From sequence record DRR378314_818: DNA of 64,000 nt; one strand, 5' to 3'. The translations under genes were made by a program, and so were the position numbers. The notes beneath the pieces are model-generated. The model was not told the origin of the DNA. It made no database searches and was given only the letters and a program-made list of their open reading frames with translations. Shown in pieces: positions 59,891-64,000 of the stretch. The stretch's first letter is position 1; every line of letters starts with the position of its first letter.

Positions 59891-60544
59891 TCAGAGGTTT
59901 GCCCAATCAGAGGGAAGCGGAGCGTCGATTTCATCTGACAAGTCCTTCAGAAACCGCACCATTCGCGCCGCGCGTTCTTGCGCAAGAGCCCGGCCTTTTT
60001 CGGTCAGCATTTCGTTAGGCAACCTGAGCAACTTGACTTTCCAGTGATCAATCGAGAACCGAAGATCATCCATTGGTCGGCAGGTGCCGAACGGGTCTGT
60101 CGTATCATACAATGCCCGCCCCAGCGCCCCTGAAACCGAAAAGGTGCGGGCGATGCCAATCGCCCCCAACGCGTCGAGACGATCAGCATCCCGCAGGATT
60201 CGCGCTTCGGGCGTCTCAGGTGGGATGTTGGCGGAAAAGCTGTGTGCCGCAATAGCGTGCTGCGTTGCGTGAATTTCGGTGGTCGAAAAGCCAATATCGG
60301 CAAGAATAGGCTCTGATTCTGCCGCAGATTGTTTTGAGGCCAGATGCCGCTCGGGATCATCTTTGGGCAGGTTGATCAGATCGTGCAGATAACACGCCGC
60401 CAGCAACACGCGCTGATTGGTGTGTTCATCCGCGATGGCCTGCGCATTGACCCAAACCCGATCAAGGTGCGTCAGATCATGCGCTGGATCCGTCTGCATA
60501 CGCTGCGTGACGACTTCCCGAAGCCTGGCGCGCAGATCAGCCAA
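59891..60544 (-). CDS. HD-domain phosphohydrolase
   Basis: [32 protein letters not shown]; probable TTG start overlapping the aroC stop. Confidence 0.88.
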   Translation of the reverse strand: MADLRARLREVVTQRMQTDPAHDLTHLDRVWVNAQAIADEHTNQRVLLAACYLHDLINLPKDDPERHLASKQSAAESEPILADIGFSTTEIHATQHAIAAHSFSANIPPETPEARILRDADRLDALGAIGIARTFSVSGALGRALYDTTDPFGTCRPMDDLRFSIDHWKVKLLRLPNEMLTEKGRALAQERAARMVRFLKDLSDEIDAPLPSDWANL

Positions 60545-61637
60545 TCCGCCCACGGTTCTCGCCGATCTGACCACGATGCAGAAGCAGATGATCGAGGATT
60601 ACACAGGCCATCATCGCCTCACCCACTGGTACGGCCCGGATGCCTACGCAAGGGTCGTGACGTCCTTTGGTGATGATCTCGGTTTCTTCACCGGATTTGG
60701 TGATGGTCTTGCGGGTGGTCAGGATGGACGAGGTCGGCTTAACCGCAAAGCGGACCACAACGTCCTGTCCGGTCGAGATACCGCCCAGAATGCCGCCCGA
60801 GTGGTTGGAGCTGTATTGCGGGCCGTTCTGGCCCATGAATATCTCATCTGCGTTGGCTTCGCCGGTGAGTTCGGCGGCGGCCATACCTTCGCCAATCTCG
60901 ACCCCTTTGACGGCGTTGATCGACATCATCGCAGCGGCCAAATCAGTGTCTAATTTGGCATAAACCGGTGCGCCCAGCCCCGCCGGGACGCCGCGCGCCA
61001 CAACCTCGACAACCGCGCCCACTGAGTTCCCGGATTTGCGGAGGTCATCGAGATAAACCGCCCAGTCCTCGGCGGATTTGGCGTCAGGTGTCCAGAACGG
61101 GTTTTGTTCGATCTGTGACCAGTCAAAGTTAGAACGATCAATCTTGTGCGGGCCGATCTGGGTCATATAGCCGGTGATCTGCACATTCGGGGCGATCTGC
61201 TTGATCGCCTCGCGCGCCAGCCCGCCAGCGGCAACGCGCGAGGCGGTTTCCCGGGCCGAGCTGCGCCCGCCACCACGATAGTCGCGAATACCGTATTTCT
61301 GCCAATAGGTGATATCGGCGTGACCTGGACGAAACTTGTCCATGATGTCACCGTAGTCTTTCGAGCGCTGATCGGTGTTCTCGATCATCAACTGAACGGG
61401 GGTTCCGGTTGTTTGTCCCTCGAACACCCCAGACAGGATTTTCACCTGATCGGCTTCACGCCGCTGGGTGGTAAATTTGTTCTGGCCCGGTTTGCGCTTG
61501 TCCAGCCAGTGCTGGATCATCGCCTCATCGATCGCCACACCCGGAGGGCAGCCGTCGACAGTGGCCCCCAATGCGGGCCCGTGGCTTTCACCCCAGGTGG
61601 TGACGCGGAAAAGATGTCCAAAGCTGTTCATCGACAT
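60537..61637 (-). CDS. aroC: Chorismate synthase
   Basis: TWGESHG, RPGHAD, RSSARET, GRHDPCV. Confidence 0.97.
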   Translation of the reverse strand: MSMNSFGHLFRVTTWGESHGPALGATVDGCPPGVAIDEAMIQHWLDKRKPGQNKFTTQRREADQVKILSGVFEGQTTGTPVQLMIENTDQRSKDYGDIMDKFRPGHADITYWQKYGIRDYRGGGRSSARETASRVAAGGLAREAIKQIAPNVQITGYMTQIGPHKIDRSNFDWSQIEQNPFWTPDAKSAEDWAVYLDDLRKSGNSVGAVVEVVARGVPAGLGAPVYAKLDTDLAAAMMSINAVKGVEIGEGMAAAELTGEANADEIFMGQNGPQYSSNHSGGILGGISTGQDVVVRFAVKPTSSILTTRKTITKSGEETEIITKGRHDPCVGIRAVPVGEAMMACVILDHLLLHRGQIGENRGRIG

Positions 61638-61750
61638 GGGGCAAGCTCCTTTGAACGATGTGATTAGCGGGGAGTGCCTTGAGCCTCAAGCGGATTTGCG
61701 TTTGCGGTCGAGTAAGCGCCGCCCAGTGGGCGACGCGATTAGACAGAAAA

Positions 61751-62191
61751 TCAAGCGGCTTGAGCCACTGAGGCGCGGGTGGCGCTGATCTTGAGCGCAG
61801 CATGCGCTGCCTCACGCCCCTTCTCGACAAAATGCGCGCGGTAGATGGCATTGTGATGTTCGGTTTCCTGATACTGATGCGGTGTCAGCGAGACCGACAG
61901 CACAGGAACACCTGTATCAAGCCCGGCGCGCATCAACCCATCGACGACTGCTTGCGCGACAAAATCATGCCGGTAAATGCCGCCATCCACGACAAAGGCA
62001 GCGCAGGCTACAGCGGCGTAGCGCCCAGTCTGCGCCAAATCGCGGGCGAGCAAGGGCATTTCGAACGCGCCGGGGACGTCGAACACATCGACTTGATCCG
62101 CTGGAATCAGTGCGAGAAATCCATCCAGCGCGCGATCCACGATATCGGAATGCCAGTTAGCTTTAACAAAAGCATAGCGGGTGTGTGTCAT
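61751..62191 (-). CDS. ribH: 6,7-dimethyl-8-ribityllumazine synthase (RibH2 type)
   Basis: ANWHSDIV, VPGAFEMP, GGIYRHDFVA; downstream of an FMN riboswitch. Confidence 0.9.
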   Translation of the reverse strand: MTHTRYAFVKANWHSDIVDRALDGFLALIPADQVDVFDVPGAFEMPLLARDLAQTGRYAAVACAAFVVDGGIYRHDFVAQAVVDGLMRAGLDTGVPVLSVSLTPHQYQETEHHNAIYRAHFVEKGREAAHAALKISATRASVAQAA

Positions 62192-62322
62192 TATGATCTC
62201 CTTTCAGCTTGGTGGCCTGCTGGCGGTCGTGAAAACCGGTTTCCACTTTTCGTTGCCAGCCTGGCATGACACGTCACCCAAGGCGATCACGAGCAAACAC
62301 ATCGTAACACCGATGCGCTGCA

Positions 62323-62516
62323 CGTTCTCTTTCATCCGGACTGTAACCGTCGGCTCTGGCCTCTCACCAGATCTGCTTGTCACCTTTCCATGGTTCCACA
62401 ACTTATCCGAAAACCGGTTCCCACTTTTCGGATTGTGGAGACGGCGAGGCCGCTCGCGGGCTTACGGGTCATGCCCGCATACCGCCGGTGGGGAATTTCG
62501 CCCCGCCCTGAGAACG
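62323..62516 (-). ncRNA. FMN riboswitch (RFN element)
   Basis: Minus strand CTCAGGGCGGGGCGAAATTCCCCACCGGCGGT...AGCCCGCGAGCG...GCAGATCTGGTGAGAGGCCAGAGCCGACGGTTACAGTCCGGATGAAAGAGAAC. Confidence 0.95.
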
Positions 62517-62574
62517 AGGCAGACCTTGCCAAGGACACATCGCTTCTGCAAGAGAAATTAGTAGGAGGATCAAC

Positions 62575-63186
62575 ATGCACCCCAACCCAGCCTTTCGCGC
62601 CGAGGATCGCGCACGTCACATCAGTTTTGCCCGAGAGCGTGCCTTTGGCGTCTTGGCAGTGTCCAGTGAGGGTGCGCCGTTGATGAGCCATGTTCCGTTT
62701 TTGTTGTCCGAAGACGGCACGGTGGCTGAACTGCATCTGGTGCGGTCGAATCCGATAGTGCAGGCGTTGCGTGCAACGCAGGCGGCCAAGATCGCGGTAC
62801 AAGGGCCGGATGGCTATATCTCTCCTGACTGGTATGGGGTCGCGGATCTGGTTCCGACCTGGAACTATGTCGCGGTGCATCTGACCGGGCGCCTGGAATT
62901 GCGCCCGCAGGACGAGCTGTTGGATCTATTGAAGCGGCAGTCGGCGTTTTACGAAGCGCGTTTGCTACCCAAGCCGCCCTGGGTGACCGACAAGATGTCG
63001 GATGCGGCTTTAGCGCGGATGATGCGGATGATCGTGCCGTGTCGGATGCAGGTGGATGACATTCAAGGCACCTGGAAGCTGGGCCAGAACAAACCCGACG
63101 CCGCGCGGGAGGCGGCGGCAGAGCATGTACTGGACGGGATCGGCAGCGAGACCGCGCAATTGGCGGATCTGATGCGAGGTGTTTAG
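62575..63186 (+). CDS. PaiB-family FMN-binding protein
   Basis: SHVPF, H..RSNP, GPDGYISPDWY, VPTWNYVAVH, KLGQNK. Confidence 0.9.
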   Translation: MHPNPAFRAEDRARHISFARERAFGVLAVSSEGAPLMSHVPFLLSEDGTVAELHLVRSNPIVQALRATQAAKIAVQGPDGYISPDWYGVADLVPTWNYVAVHLTGRLELRPQDELLDLLKRQSAFYEARLLPKPPWVTDKMSDAALARMMRMIVPCRMQVDDIQGTWKLGQNKPDAAREAAAEHVLDGIGSETAQLADLMRGV

Positions 63187-63198
63187 GGCGCGCCGACT

Positions 63199-63651
63199 TT
63201 AAGATTCAGGGGCATTGAACGTGGCCAGATAGGCGGCAATATCCTCGGCGCCTTTGCGTAGCTTTACACTCATATTCGGGCGGGCGGTGTCGTCATCCAG
63301 GTATTCCTGGATGAAACTGATCGGGTCTTGAGAATAGGCTGCGATGTTTTCTTCGGTCCACACCAGCCCTTCTTGACCAGCGCGGATCATGTCATCGGTG
63401 AACATACCGATCGGCAGACGCTCGCTGCCGTTCAGATAGTCGTATTCGGTCCCGGCGACGCGGCCAACAACACCATAGAGATTCGGCCCGGTGATACCGC
63501 CTTTGACCAAAATCTCGCCATCTTTGATGATCGCATGGCAGGATGAGCACCGGTTATAGAGTTTCCCGCCTTTCGCCGGATCACCGGCTGCTATCGCTTG
63601 TAATGGGGACAGAAGCACCAGAAGAATCGTGGTTGCTGCAATCTTTGACAT
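63199..63651 (-). CDS. Class I cytochrome c (c2/c550-like)
   Basis: Signal peptide, GDPAKG, CSSCH, TGPNLYGVVGR, axial Met in PNMSVKL. Confidence 0.88.
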   Translation of the reverse strand: MSKIAATTILLVLLSPLQAIAAGDPAKGGKLYNRCSSCHAIIKDGEILVKGGITGPNLYGVVGRVAGTEYDYLNGSERLPIGMFTDDMIRAGQEGLVWTEENIAAYSQDPISFIQEYLDDDTARPNMSVKLRKGAEDIAAYLATFNAPES

Positions 63652-64000
63652 TGGAAATCTCCGGCTGGACGGTGGTTGCCCTTGGCCTGTCACGCATTCA
63701 TGCAAATAGTTCAATCAAATTCCCGTTGAAATGCATGATTATGAAATATCTATTTTATATTAATAATTTAAATGTGTCAGAGACGTGTTTAACAGGAAGA
63801 GATAGTGGCAAACCCAGGGCGGGATTCCGGGTAAGGCCAGCGGTTCCAACGGCACGTGAACTTGCTCCGGTTCGGGTATGATCGAGGGCGGGCAGATGGC
63901 GAATCACGCTTATCCAGCGCACACCAGACCGCTGCCACAAAAGTCAAAATCTGCATTTGATATTGAAATTTTGCCCTCTCACAGTGACATGAATGCTTAG

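Overview
Alphaproteobacterial (Rhodobacteraceae/Roseobacter-like, inferred from gene content) chromosomal window with three parts. (1) 1-12.3 kb, between the 3' end of one tRNA and a complete tRNA-Thr(CGT): a lipid A/LPS glycosylation triad, a GNAT, a class III nucleotide cyclase-TPR protein, a low-GC block of tiny ORFs, and a minus-strand gene cluster ycaO - tfuA - cytoplasmic thermolysin-like Zn protease - 302-aa protein ending in eight perfect VSGAK repeats. This cluster is the best candidate for an undescribed system: peptide/protein thioamidation, possibly a multi-core RiPP. (2) 12.3-49.8 kb: a contiguous, complete denitrification supercluster (nosC-RZDFYLX, nnrT, nirS-nirT/B fusion-cupredoxin, nirECFD(L)GHJN, nnrS, norCBQDEF, hemA, a Crp/Fnr regulator, napFDAGHBC) with repeated TTGAC-N4-GTCAA-type boxes. 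(3) 49.9-64 kb: housekeeping genes (dxs, ispA, xseB, HDAC-family, petPR-like, ilvE, cobO, aroC, FMN riboswitch-ribH, cytochrome c2-like). Other notable signals: a DUF2946-like NosC with an RGPP motif followed by a hairpin that hides the nosR start, a divergent NirS, and small repeats inside gene 5' ends and inside the FMN riboswitch. All calls come from motif recognition by eye; no searches were run.
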